From IMG/VR virus record IMGVR_UViG_3300043021_000113: a stretch of 64,000 nucleotides of DNA; one strand, 5' to 3'. The notes under the pieces were generated by a model. It was not told the DNA's origin. It worked only from the letters and a program-made list of their open reading frames with translations, and made no database searches. The DNA comes from a virus (Duplodnaviria > Caudoviricetes). The stretch's first letter is position 1. Every line of letters begins with the position of its first letter. The translations under genes were made by a program, and so were the position numbers. Shown here one piece after another: positions 44,793 to 55,289 of this stretch.

Positions 44793-46391
44793 TTATGATT
44801 CTATATTTATAATTTCATCATTAAGTTTACAATTGATAATTTTTATGTCTTTTGAACTAGAAGCACCAGGTATAAATGTATAATATACATTTTCTCCAAC
44901 AACTGTAAAACATTTTATCATTTCACAATTTACAAATTCACTTCCAGGATTTGCTGTATGAACAAAACCTCCTATATCATTACTACTACTCATGCTACTT
45001 TTAAGTCCCATGCTTTTATCAAATGATATATTATAACATTTTGTATTAGCACCTAAATATCCAGCAAAAAATCCCACATATCGCTGAGCTGTTATTTTAG
45101 AAGAACTACTCTTTGGACTTATTGTTATATTAGAATAACTACAATTATTACCTCCATATCCAATTACACTACCAAAATAATGACCATAAGTAGAATATAA
45201 CTTAAGATCTCCATTAATATTTATATTATTAATTGTAGTATTATTATCTACATATCCAGCAACTATTCCAACATAATAATCAACTTCACCTTTTGTAAGA
45301 TCCAAACTAACATTAGAAAATGTAATATTACTAATTACTCCATTATTAACATTTCCAAAAAAACCCATATAGTTTTTTATTCCCATATAGTTTGTTGCTT
45401 TAAGATTGTTAATAGTATATTTTTGACCATCAAAAGTTCCTTCAAATGGATTATCTACATTACCAATTGGTGTCCAAATTCCTAATTCAATATCAGCTAT
45501 TAATTTAATAACTTTTCCTTTATAACTATTCCCATTATTTACTTCATCACGAAAAGCTTTTAATTCTTCTAAATTTGAAATTTCAAGATCAGCTTTTGCT
45601 TCAATATCACTGGTAAGCTTGTTCCATTCTTTAGAAAGAATAATATTAAATGTTGGATTTGTTCCGCTAAAATCATCAACCCATATTTCAGTAGTTGTGT
45701 TTGGAAGAACTTTTACAGTTTTAACAAATACTTTATTATTAGCAGTAACTTTTACTGTTGCACTTGTTATTGATGAATCAATAAAACCAAATGCTTCAGC
45801 AACTATACTTGATCCTGGAGTATATGTTTTTTTAATATATAATGGATTTTCTTTATCAATAACAACTTTTCCAGTTGAAACATCAAATTTTGTTCCTAAA
45901 CCTTCAATTTCAATTTCTGCTGATTCTGCAACTTTATCAACACCTTGTGATAAAACTTGAATTTTAGCATAAGGTCTTGTTAAAGGAACATCAACAGGAG
46001 CCATTATTTCTGAAACACTAATTGGTGTTGATGCATAAAAAGAATCTTCATTGTCTAAATCTGTAGTATATGTTCCATCAAATTTTGATTTATCACCACC
46101 ACCAGATAACCAAAAATTAAAAGTGTAATCTTGACCAATTACTACTGTTTCATTTATTGTAGCACTATTACCTGAAACTGTAGCATCTTTTACTTCTTTT
46201 GTTTCTTGATTAAAACAATAAAACAACTTGCTTGTATCATTTGCTTTAGTTCCTAAATGGCTAGCATCAAAAGATACATTAAAACTGACTGTTCTTGTTT
46301 CTCCAGTTTCTATTACCTCTTCACTATCTTTAGCACATGAAAACATGGCTAAAGAAGCCATGCTCATTGCTATTAAATTTTTAAGTTTCAT
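44793..46391 (-). CDS. lipoprotein: fimbrial-like N-domain plus GLUG/beta-helix C-domain (paralogue 3)
   Basis: lipobox MFSC; DSFYAS...LTRPYAKI; ELKAFRD.VN.G.SY.GK.IKL..DI; FDGQKYTINNL. Confidence 0.75.
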   Translation of the reverse strand: MKLKNLIAMSMASLAMFSCAKDSEEVIETGETRTVSFNVSFDASHLGTKANDTSKLFYCFNQETKEVKDATVSGNSATINETVVIGQDYTFNFWLSGGGDKSKFDGTYTTDLDNEDSFYASTPISVSEIMAPVDVPLTRPYAKIQVLSQGVDKVAESAEIEIEGLGTKFDVSTGKVVIDKENPLYIKKTYTPGSSIVAEAFGFIDSSITSATVKVTANNKVFVKTVKVLPNTTTEIWVDDFSGTNPTFNIILSKEWNKLTSDIEAKADLEISNLEELKAFRDEVNNGNSYKGKVIKLIADIELGIWTPIGNVDNPFEGTFDGQKYTINNLKATNYMGIKNYMGFFGNVNNGVISNITFSNVSLDLTKGEVDYYVGIVAGYVDNNTTINNININGDLKLYSTYGHYFGSVIGYGGNNCSYSNITISPKSSSSKITAQRYVGFFAGYLGANTKCYNISFDKSMGLKSSMSSSNDIGGFVHTANPGSEFVNCEMIKCFTVVGENVYYTFIPGASSSKDIKIINCKLNDEIINIES

Positions 46392-46407
46392 AATTTAAAA
46401 GATTAAT

Positions 46408-48000
46408 TTATTCAATAATAACATTTCCACTACCATTATAAAATGTCCCAATATCATTAATTGTTACCGGATTATTATTAATTTTACAATTAGTAATAGT
46501 TGTAGTTGTATTTCCCCATTTTTCTATTCTACCAGAAAAAGAACCAACTTCTCTTGTATTATTATTTGAATTTATTTTAATATTGTTTAATTCACAATTA
46601 GAAAATACACCATTAGCTATACCACATGTTAAACCACCAATACGTCCATTTATACTTTCTAATTGAATATTATTAATACTTACACTATTACAAATTATAT
46701 CAGTATTTAAATATCCAGCAAAACCGCCAACAGCATCATCGGTAACTTTTATTAAAGAGTTATCATTGGCTTCTAATTTTATATTCATATATTCAGAATT
46801 TCCAGTTTCACTTCCAATAATTCCACCAGCATATCTATTAGCAGTAATATTAATTAAACCTTTAACAGTTATATTTTGATATTTATTTTCTCTAGATTCA
46901 GCAGAAACAACAGAAACAATTTGATTTCCTATTATAGTTGCATTTTCAAATGTAACATTTTTAATTTCTCCTGAAGAAACATAACCAAAAAATCCAACAC
47001 AACTTTCATTTTCTTTATTAATATTTAAATTTTTAATAGTGTAATTTTGACCATCAAATATTCCAGAAAATGGATTATGATTAGAATAATTACCAATTGG
47101 CTCCCAATTTTCATCTGTTAAATCGATATTAGATGTTAATTTGATAGTTTTTCCAGAATAACTTTCACCAGAATTTACGGCATCTCTAAAAGCTTTTAAT
47201 TCACTTAAATTTGAAATTTCAAGATCTGTTGATTCATAATAAATAGTGTCCCATTCTTTAGAATAACTAATAGTAATTATTGGACTTATAGAATCAAAAT
47301 TATTAACAGTTAAAACAGTATTTGTATTTTCAATAACATCAACTATTTTTGTAATAGTTTTATTATTAATAGTTACTCTTACAACTGCATTTTTTACTGT
47401 CTCATCAACAAAACCAAAAGCTTCAGCAATGAAATTTTCTTTAGGTGTACAATCTTTTGTTATTGTTCCAGTTGCTTTAACTTTTCCTGTTGTAATATCA
47501 AAAGCAACACCCAATCTTTCAATCTCAATTTTTGCTGATTCTGCAACAGTGAGACCATCTTTTGATAAGACTTGAATTTTAGCATAAGGTCTTTTTAAAA
47601 TAATTTTTTTATCAGTTGATTTAGTAACAGTGAATGTTTCTGATGCATAAAATGAATCTTCATGATTTAAATCAGTAACAAAAGTTTCATGAAATGCATC
47701 TTTATTTCCATTACCTGATAACCAAAAATTAAAAGTATAATCTTGACCTATCGTTACGCTTTCACTTATTAAAATATTATCTCCTGAAACATCTTTTGAT
47801 TTTACACCACTACCAAATGAATAAAACAATTTAGCTGTTCCATCTGTTTTAGTTTTTATTTGGTTTGAATCAAAAGACAAATTAAAACTAACTACTGCTT
47901 CTTCTCCATTTTCAACTTCATTTACTACTTCCTCATTTTTACTACATGAAGTTATAGTCAAAGCTGCTAATCCAGTGATTATTAAATTTTTAAAATTCAT
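46408..48000 (-). CDS. lipoprotein: fimbrial-like N-domain plus GLUG/beta-helix C-domain (paralogue 2)
   Basis: lipobox ITSC; same motifs. Confidence 0.75.
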   Translation of the reverse strand: MNFKNLIITGLAALTITSCSKNEEVVNEVENGEEAVVSFNLSFDSNQIKTKTDGTAKLFYSFGSGVKSKDVSGDNILISESVTIGQDYTFNFWLSGNGNKDAFHETFVTDLNHEDSFYASETFTVTKSTDKKIILKRPYAKIQVLSKDGLTVAESAKIEIERLGVAFDITTGKVKATGTITKDCTPKENFIAEAFGFVDETVKNAVVRVTINNKTITKIVDVIENTNTVLTVNNFDSISPIITISYSKEWDTIYYESTDLEISNLSELKAFRDAVNSGESYSGKTIKLTSNIDLTDENWEPIGNYSNHNPFSGIFDGQNYTIKNLNINKENESCVGFFGYVSSGEIKNVTFENATIIGNQIVSVVSAESRENKYQNITVKGLINITANRYAGGIIGSETGNSEYMNIKLEANDNSLIKVTDDAVGGFAGYLNTDIICNSVSINNIQLESINGRIGGLTCGIANGVFSNCELNNIKINSNNNTREVGSFSGRIEKWGNTTTTITNCKINNNPVTINDIGTFYNGSGNVIIE

Positions 48001-48056
48001 AATAGAAAATAAAATTAAACCTGGCAGTGTTTAGCTGCCAGGTTTGGGTTAATTTA

Positions 48057-49769
48057 TTAGTTGTTATTAATGATAAGTTGACCAAGACCTATGTTTTTGT
48101 CTTCATTTACTGTTTCATAAGCAGCACCAAGATCATTTATTTCTACTGGTTTACCATCAATTGTACATCTAGTAAGAGTTACTTTGTAACCTGTTGCATT
48201 ATGCCATGTACCAGAAAATGCTGCTACATCTGAATCTCCATCATAAGTACCATTTGTTTTTACTCTTTTAGCAGTTACATCAACAGTTTTACAGTCTACA
48301 TAATTAGTGCCATAATGAGCAATACCAACAAATCCACCAATATTACGAGTTGAACCAACAACGTCCAAACCTTGAATTAAAATATTAGTCATTGTTAAAC
48401 TATTACTTGAACTTTCACCCATGAATCCAGCGAAACCTCCTACATAAGTTCTATAATCTGTCGTACCATCAAAAGAATTTGCATATACTTTAGAACCTGT
48501 TTCAGCGATTAGTTCAATATTTTCGCAATTTGCATAAACATTCTTACCAAATACACCTCCAACATAAGCGAAACCTTCTACGTTAATTGTACCTTTTACA
48601 GTTATATTTTCATATGTAGAAGTATAAGGACAACCAGCAACAACACCAACATTCAAACGACCTTTAACAGTTGCGTTATTAAAGTTTAGGTTTTTAACTG
48701 ATCCATTCTGAGTATAACCAAAGAAACCAGCATTACTTCTATCTGCAATTTCTACTTTATTTGTTAAATTAATATTTAAATTGCTAATAGTGAAACCTTG
48801 ACCATCAAAGTTGCCTTCAAATTTGTTTGTAGCATTACCAATTGGTTCCCATACTTTATTTTCAAGATCAATATTAGTCATCAATCTTACAGTTCTACCT
48901 TTGTAGCTATCTACACCAGTATTTACTGCATTACGGAAAGCTTCAAGTTCAGCACGATCACGAATGCTCAATTCACCTTTTACTTCATCAGTTTTTGAAC
49001 CTGCCCAATCTGCATAACTTACACTAATAGTTGGAGTTCCACCCATTCCATCGAAACTATCAACAGTTAAAGTGGTAATCATGTTTTGCTGAACTGCAAC
49101 TGTTTTCTTTAAAGTTGCACCTTTAAATGTAACTTCAACTTTTACTGAATCTTCATCTTTATTTGCAAAACCAATAATAGAACCTAAACTTGTAGATTCT
49201 TTAAGGGTAGAATTTGCACTAAGTGGAGTTTCAGATTTTGTCATTTCTCCTGTTGTAACATTGAATTTATCACCTAAACCATCAACTGTAATTGTTGAAT
49301 TTCCCGTAAGCTTACTTGTTGATACAACAACAATTTTAGCATATGGTCTTACAAGTGTAGTTGATATAGTTTGACCCTGAGCTTTGAATTCTTCTGATCC
49401 ATAGAATGAATCTTCATTTTTAAGATCAGAAATTATTTCACCATTTGTAAATGGATTTTCAATTCCAGCTCCTGAATGCCAAAAATTAAACTTATATGTA
49501 TTGCCATTTGTTAATTCTTCAGAAATAAGAGTACTTGAAGCTGGTTTTTGTTCGTCATATGTAAAACCATTATTTTCATTTTGTTCACCTATAACATACC
49601 AAAGCTTAGTTCCTCCAGCTTTTGTCATCATTTGGCTGTCATCAAGAGTTACATTAAAGTTAACCATTGATCTTCCATCAGTAGTTCCGCAGAACTCTTC
49701 ATTGTCATTTACACATGCGGTTAGTGCAAGGGCACCTAAGCCCATAATCGCAAAATTCTTTAGTTTCAT
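48057..49769 (-). CDS. lipoprotein: fimbrial-like N-domain plus GLUG/beta-helix C-domain (paralogue 1)
   Basis: lipobox LTAC; same motifs. Confidence 0.75.
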   Translation of the reverse strand: MKLKNFAIMGLGALALTACVNDNEEFCGTTDGRSMVNFNVTLDDSQMMTKAGGTKLWYVIGEQNENNGFTYDEQKPASSTLISEELTNGNTYKFNFWHSGAGIENPFTNGEIISDLKNEDSFYGSEEFKAQGQTISTTLVRPYAKIVVVSTSKLTGNSTITVDGLGDKFNVTTGEMTKSETPLSANSTLKESTSLGSIIGFANKDEDSVKVEVTFKGATLKKTVAVQQNMITTLTVDSFDGMGGTPTISVSYADWAGSKTDEVKGELSIRDRAELEAFRNAVNTGVDSYKGRTVRLMTNIDLENKVWEPIGNATNKFEGNFDGQGFTISNLNINLTNKVEIADRSNAGFFGYTQNGSVKNLNFNNATVKGRLNVGVVAGCPYTSTYENITVKGTINVEGFAYVGGVFGKNVYANCENIELIAETGSKVYANSFDGTTDYRTYVGGFAGFMGESSSNSLTMTNILIQGLDVVGSTRNIGGFVGIAHYGTNYVDCKTVDVTAKRVKTNGTYDGDSDVAAFSGTWHNATGYKVTLTRCTIDGKPVEINDLGAAYETVNEDKNIGLGQLIINNN

Positions 49770-50210
49770 AAAAAATTTAAAAATTTAAAAAAAATTAAAA
49801 AGTTAATAATTAAGTTAATTTAACCGTTATCCTATACACGGTCAAGGTTTAATATTTTTTAAAACATCTTGAATTATAGATGCTTTCTTTTTTGCTTTTT
49901 CAAACTCTAAAATCCAACTGTTAAGTTCGATTTCATCGCTTATTACTTCTCCAAATAAATTATGAACACAAACTCCGTCATCCTCAACTGTTATTGAAAA
50001 ATCACCGTTTGGTTCTTCTATTTCACAATAAGAATTATTTTTATATTCAGAAAAGCTAGTTTTAAGTGCTAAAATAAAACTATCAATTGATCGTCCTTTT
50101 ACTACAACCCCATTTAAAAACCCACAAATAAGATATCTTATTTCCCAGTCATCTTTGGTTACGTATAATTCAGCACCAGCATTTAATTTGCCTATATAAT
50201 GCATTTTAAT

Positions 50211-50591
50211 TTATCTTTTCTTTATCTTAAGAATTTTTACATTCTTAGGGTTAAAAACTATTGTTATATTTTGCATTAACTCTTGGTTATCATCAATCCC
50301 AACAAATCTTATACTATCGTAACCTTCTAGATATGCTCTGTTTATTTCTCCTGTAAAACTCAAGCCTTGCTTGTGCAAATCTTCTTTGGTTCCTTTAATG
50401 ATTTTTATTGTTTTATAAGATAATTCACAAGTTAATTGAAACTCCCTGTCAAGGATAGTGCCTTTTTTGGGTTTTTCGTTATCAGTAAAGAAAATTGCAT
50501 TTTTAATGCCTTTCTTAAATTCTGAAAAATAATTATTAAAAGAGCCATTGAATTTCTCCAATGGCTCGTTTGAATAATGAAAAACAACCAT
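50211..50591 (-). CDS. ADP-ribosyltransferase-like protein (ART-PolyVal pattern)
   Basis: VVFH.S...F...IFFTD...GYDSI...IVFNPKNVKI. Confidence 0.5.
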   Translation of the reverse strand: MVVFHYSNEPLEKFNGSFNNYFSEFKKGIKNAIFFTDNEKPKKGTILDREFQLTCELSYKTIKIIKGTKEDLHKQGLSFTGEINRAYLEGYDSIRFVGIDDNQELMQNITIVFNPKNVKILKIKKR

Positions 50592-50817
50592 TTTTTAATA
50601 GTCTATAAGCTGAAAACCTCTTCTCTAATTTTAACGATTTTATCTGTTGTTACTTCTAAAATCTTTTTAAAGACATTTGGTTTTATTTGTTGCACAATGT
50701 CTAATTTGTCATTATCTCTCATGTTCTCCTTACAAAATCTTATTGCTTCTGATTTATTAAGAAAAGAACCTAAGTGTGCATCCTCTGAATATATATTGTA
50801 AATTGATACTTGCATAT

Positions 50818-51642
50818 TTAAAATTTGGTTTTGATTTTATGAATAATTATTGATATAATAAAAGCCGCTATGCTTATTCCTAGAACAAACATCGCAGCTA
50901 AAAGTATAATTGCCACTATTCTTTATTTTTATATTTAAAAATAATTAATATTATAGAGCTAATTATAAAAGCACAGATAAAAGATCCTTCAGCACATAAA
51001 GCAATAAGTAGCCATATAATAAAGCCAAGGATAATTACAAAGACAAGAATTGTATTTATAATGTCCAGCATGTTTTATAAAAGTATTTCAAAAATCAAAA
51101 AGAAAAATGAAACTATAATTAGCCAGCCAAAAATTACAAATCCAACTGATTTAAGAATAGGTTTTATCCAATCATCTTTACTCATAACTTATTATTTGCT
51201 AGTTTTACTACACCATGCCATAAATCCGGAAATCAACAATGCTGGAATTCCAATTATAGGACAAGCAAAAATAATCATTATTAAAAGAATAATTCCTAAA
51301 ATTTTCATTTTTAATGATCTTTAAAGTGTATTATAATATTATATAAAACTAATCCCAAAAATAAAACTCCACTTATGATATATAAAATCGGGTTGACTAT
51401 GTCGATATAAGCTATTATGCCAATTATTATTAATATAGACCAACCAAGAACAGAGAAAAATTCTTTCATTATTTACTCTTTAATTGATCCATAACATAAC
51501 AAACAAGCAAAACTAAAACTCCTATACTTATAATTCCCCAGATCCAGGCACCTATAATGTAACCTAAATCACAATCCGCAAAATAAATTGCTAAGTAACT
51601 TGTACCAGCTAATAGTGCAATAATCTTTATTAAATTATCCAT
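50818..51642 (-). CDS. six tandem tiny hydrophobic ORFs (about 30-57 aa)
   Basis: back-to-back starts near 51642, 51469, 51308, 51185, 51072 and 50916; each 1-2 TM helices. Confidence 0.55.
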
Positions 51643-51802
51643 TACTATTTACACTTACTTTCAAGTGTGAAGTTTTATATGTTAATAAATTAAGTTATAT
51701 TATTTTTTAAATAAAATTATTCCATCAGCAGTTAGTTTTAAAAACTAACTACTGACTTCCTCTTACTAATTAACAATAAGAAAAATTAGGAATAATTAAA
51801 GT

Positions 51803-54221
51803 TTAAAGGTTAATAGAACGTAATTGTTTGAGAATATAATTCGCGGTTTCTTTTGTTACTGAAGCATTAATAACAATTGCGCCATCTTTTATGCCATCAA
51901 TTGATACTTTATTTTCTCCTTCAGTAACGTTAATTTCTGCTTTCATGCCATTTGATGCTTTAACTATTGCATTAGCAGAATTGCTCGTAGTTTTGAAATC
52001 TACAAGTTCAAAAGTTATTAATGTTTTATCGCCAACGTTAGCGTAAACTTTGGTTAAATTATCATTAGCTGTTAGTTCTATTGCATTAAAAGAACCTAAA
52101 GTTATTGTGTTATCTACTGGTTTATCAGCTGCAAATGCTTTAATACCAACAGTTATAACAACAAACGTAATAATAAGCCAAAATACAAACTTTCTCATAA
52201 TTTTTTACACTTACTCTCAAGTGTGAAGTTTTAAATAATTAATATTTTATATTATTTTATTAAATAATAAATTATAGCGTAAAGTGATATTAGCAAATAA
52301 ACTGTAAATAATGCTAATGTAACACTTTTTAAAAATCTTTTCATTGTTTTTTGTTTTGATAGACTATGCGTTTATTATCTGGTGAGACAAAAATTACGCT
52401 TGAACTATCTTTGGCTATCTTAATATGTGATAAATTCTTATCTTTGATCACGTAATTTTTAAATTTTCCGTGATCATGCGTTGAGGTGTATTTATATTTC
52501 AAACATTCTCTTTTCTCGTTAAAATATAAAATTACTTTTTCTTTTTCATCAACCCAAAATTCGCTTGGTTCTGTATCATAATAAATCGCATTGTTATTCT
52601 CATAAAAATTTATAAGATCAAAACGATTTACAAACTTAGTCTCTTGGGCATTAGCGCCCAAGAAAACTAAGCATAACAAATAAAAAATATGTTTCATTTA
52701 CTGAAGCCTTATAAAATTAGAGCCGTTTTCTTGATGGATCTCCCAACCTTTATTTATCTTTTCAAAATAACATTTATTATCTGAACATTTAAGTTGGACA
52801 TAATATCTATTTTTATTTTTATTTATTATTTCAAACTCCATCGTTTTTGAAAGCCCTTTCTCTTTATCTCGCATTTCTAAAAAAATTGATTGATCTTTAA
52901 TAATTATTGTTCCGTTAACTTTAAATATATTCTCTGTTTCGGATTCATAATATGTAGAAAAATCAAACTTTTTTTGACTGCAACTTGAAAGTATAAATGA
53001 AAAACTAATTATAATTAAATAAATAAAATTTTTCATTGTAGTTTTATATGATCATAACCATTTTCTTTATAAAGTTCCCAACCATTATTGGTTTTTTCAA
53101 TATAACCTTTAAATATTATAGGTGCACTTTTAGAATGAATATAATATTTATCACCAGTTTTATTTATTATTCTAAATTCTTCACTAGAAAATTCATTGTT
53201 TTCATCTATTATTTCCATAAAAATTGAATAATCATCAATAATTAATTTTCCTTTAATATTACTTGATTTGTTATCACTAAAATCATATACTGAAGAAAAT
53301 TTAATTTCTTTTTGATGATAGCTTGAAAGTATAAATACAAAACTAGCTATAATTAAATAAATAAAATTTTTCATTGTTAAAGCCAAATTAATTTCTTTTT
53401 TATGTTCTTTTTGTATTTTTCCCATTCTTCGTTTAATTTTTCAGGACTTAAAAGATAATCGCTCATAATAACTGGTAAATCTTTACAACCACCAAAAACT
53501 TTTTCGTTATTTTGATAAGCATCATATTTAGTATAAATATATAAACCGTAATCATAAACTTTATTATATATAAAAAAACCACCTCCAAAAGCTACAAATT
53601 CTTTTTTATTTAAAAAATAACCTTTAGTTCCTGTTCTTAAATCATAAACATTTAATGGTATAGCATTAGCATAATGATCAAAACCGTCTCTAAGTCTAAA
53701 ATCTTCTCCTATTTTTATCATCATTAATTACGCTTAACCTATACAGCATTAGGTTTTAAATTATTTTTATTTTATTTTTATAAACATTGAAACCTTATTG
53801 TTTTATCTCCGAATTCTTCTGGAATATATAACATCCATTTTTTATCAGAAAAAATCTTTCTAATGTAATATTTAAAACCAGAATCTTTATTTTCTACAAA
53901 ATATTTATATTCTTTGAATTCTTCATTTTCAATTGTTGTTTCAATATCTAATATTTTAAATTCTATGTAAAACTTAACATCAGTATTTTTATTAATAAAA
54001 TTTAAAATTATTTCTTCTTTTGTTTCAATAACATTTCCGTTTAAATAGTTAAAGTCAGGAATTTTCCCACTATTTATTACTTCTTGGCAATAATCAAGAG
54101 TTAATTTTGGTGTTGTTATTTCTCTATCTTTAAAATCCTTTGTTTTATTATTACAGCTTGAAAATATAACAATAAAACTAGCTATAATTAAATATAGAAT
54201 ATTTCTCATTTTTAATTGCAT
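51803..54221 (-). CDS. cluster of small secreted/lipoprotein genes (51803, 52341, 52698, 53033, 53778) with one interleaved cytoplasmic ORF (53377)
   Basis: signal peptides; shared MKNFIYLIIxSFxFILSS(C/Y). Confidence 0.6.
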
Positions 54222-55289
54222 TTAACCTTTATAATGCTAGGTTTTAATTATTATTATTTATCCATTCTTTCTCCATTTCTTCAAGCTCTAAAACTTTATC
54301 GCTAACAAGAACTGGTATATCATTATTTCCAAAGAATTTCTTTGAATGTTCCCAATCATCAACTTTACAATATATGTGTTTATTGTAAAAATAACCGTCA
54401 GGATGTATGTTTGCTGTATTTTCACCATAAAACATCCATCTATGATCAATCATTATAAAATTATTTTTATTTAAATTTATTCCTTTATCTTTTGTTTTAA
54501 TGTCATAAATATTTACAGGATCAAATTTACTTATAATTTCATTTATCACTTTAAAATACGCTTAGCCTTTACAACGTTAGGTTTATATATTATTTAATCA
54601 ATATTCCAATAATCTATTTCTTCATTTAATATTGCTTCATCCCAAGATAATTCATATCCTGTAGAAGTATAATCATTTTCTCTTAAATATTTAAATTTAC
54701 ATTTAAGCGTAAATTCTTTAGATTTACTAACTAATTTTTTATATTCTTTTTCATCAAAAATAATATTATATATTTTATTATCAGTTAAACACTGTACACA
54801 ATAAAGATTATTTTCAATAGATTTATAATAAATTTGACGAGATTTTATTTTTATTTCTTCATTAGTTAAAGCATTAAATATTTTTAAATAAGAAATATTA
54901 AAAGGAGACCAAGAAGAATATTTAAATATATTTGAAAATTTAAATTTTACTTCTGCTTCAAAATCTTTATAAGTTTCATTCCATTTTTTTTCAATTTCTT
55001 TTATATTTAATTTATATTTAGAATATAAAATTGGAATTTCATTATATTTATTTTTATTATAATTATTTAAATATTCAATTTTACAATAAAAAAAACCATT
55101 CCAACCAATATTTCCCCATTTTACTTCTTCATTATAAATTGTCCATTCATCATTTATTTTTTTAAAAGAATTTTTATTTAAAGAATCAAAATTTAATGAA
55201 TGATAATAACAATTTACAAATTCATTATTATTCATAACAACTCTGCGCTTAATCTACACAACGCCTAGACTTTAAATAAATTAATTAGT

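Noticed and set aside
48018-48045. An eleventh pseudoknot copy
   Set aside because: It shares AAACCTGGCAG with the 44755 copy but forms a simple inverted repeat without the second stem
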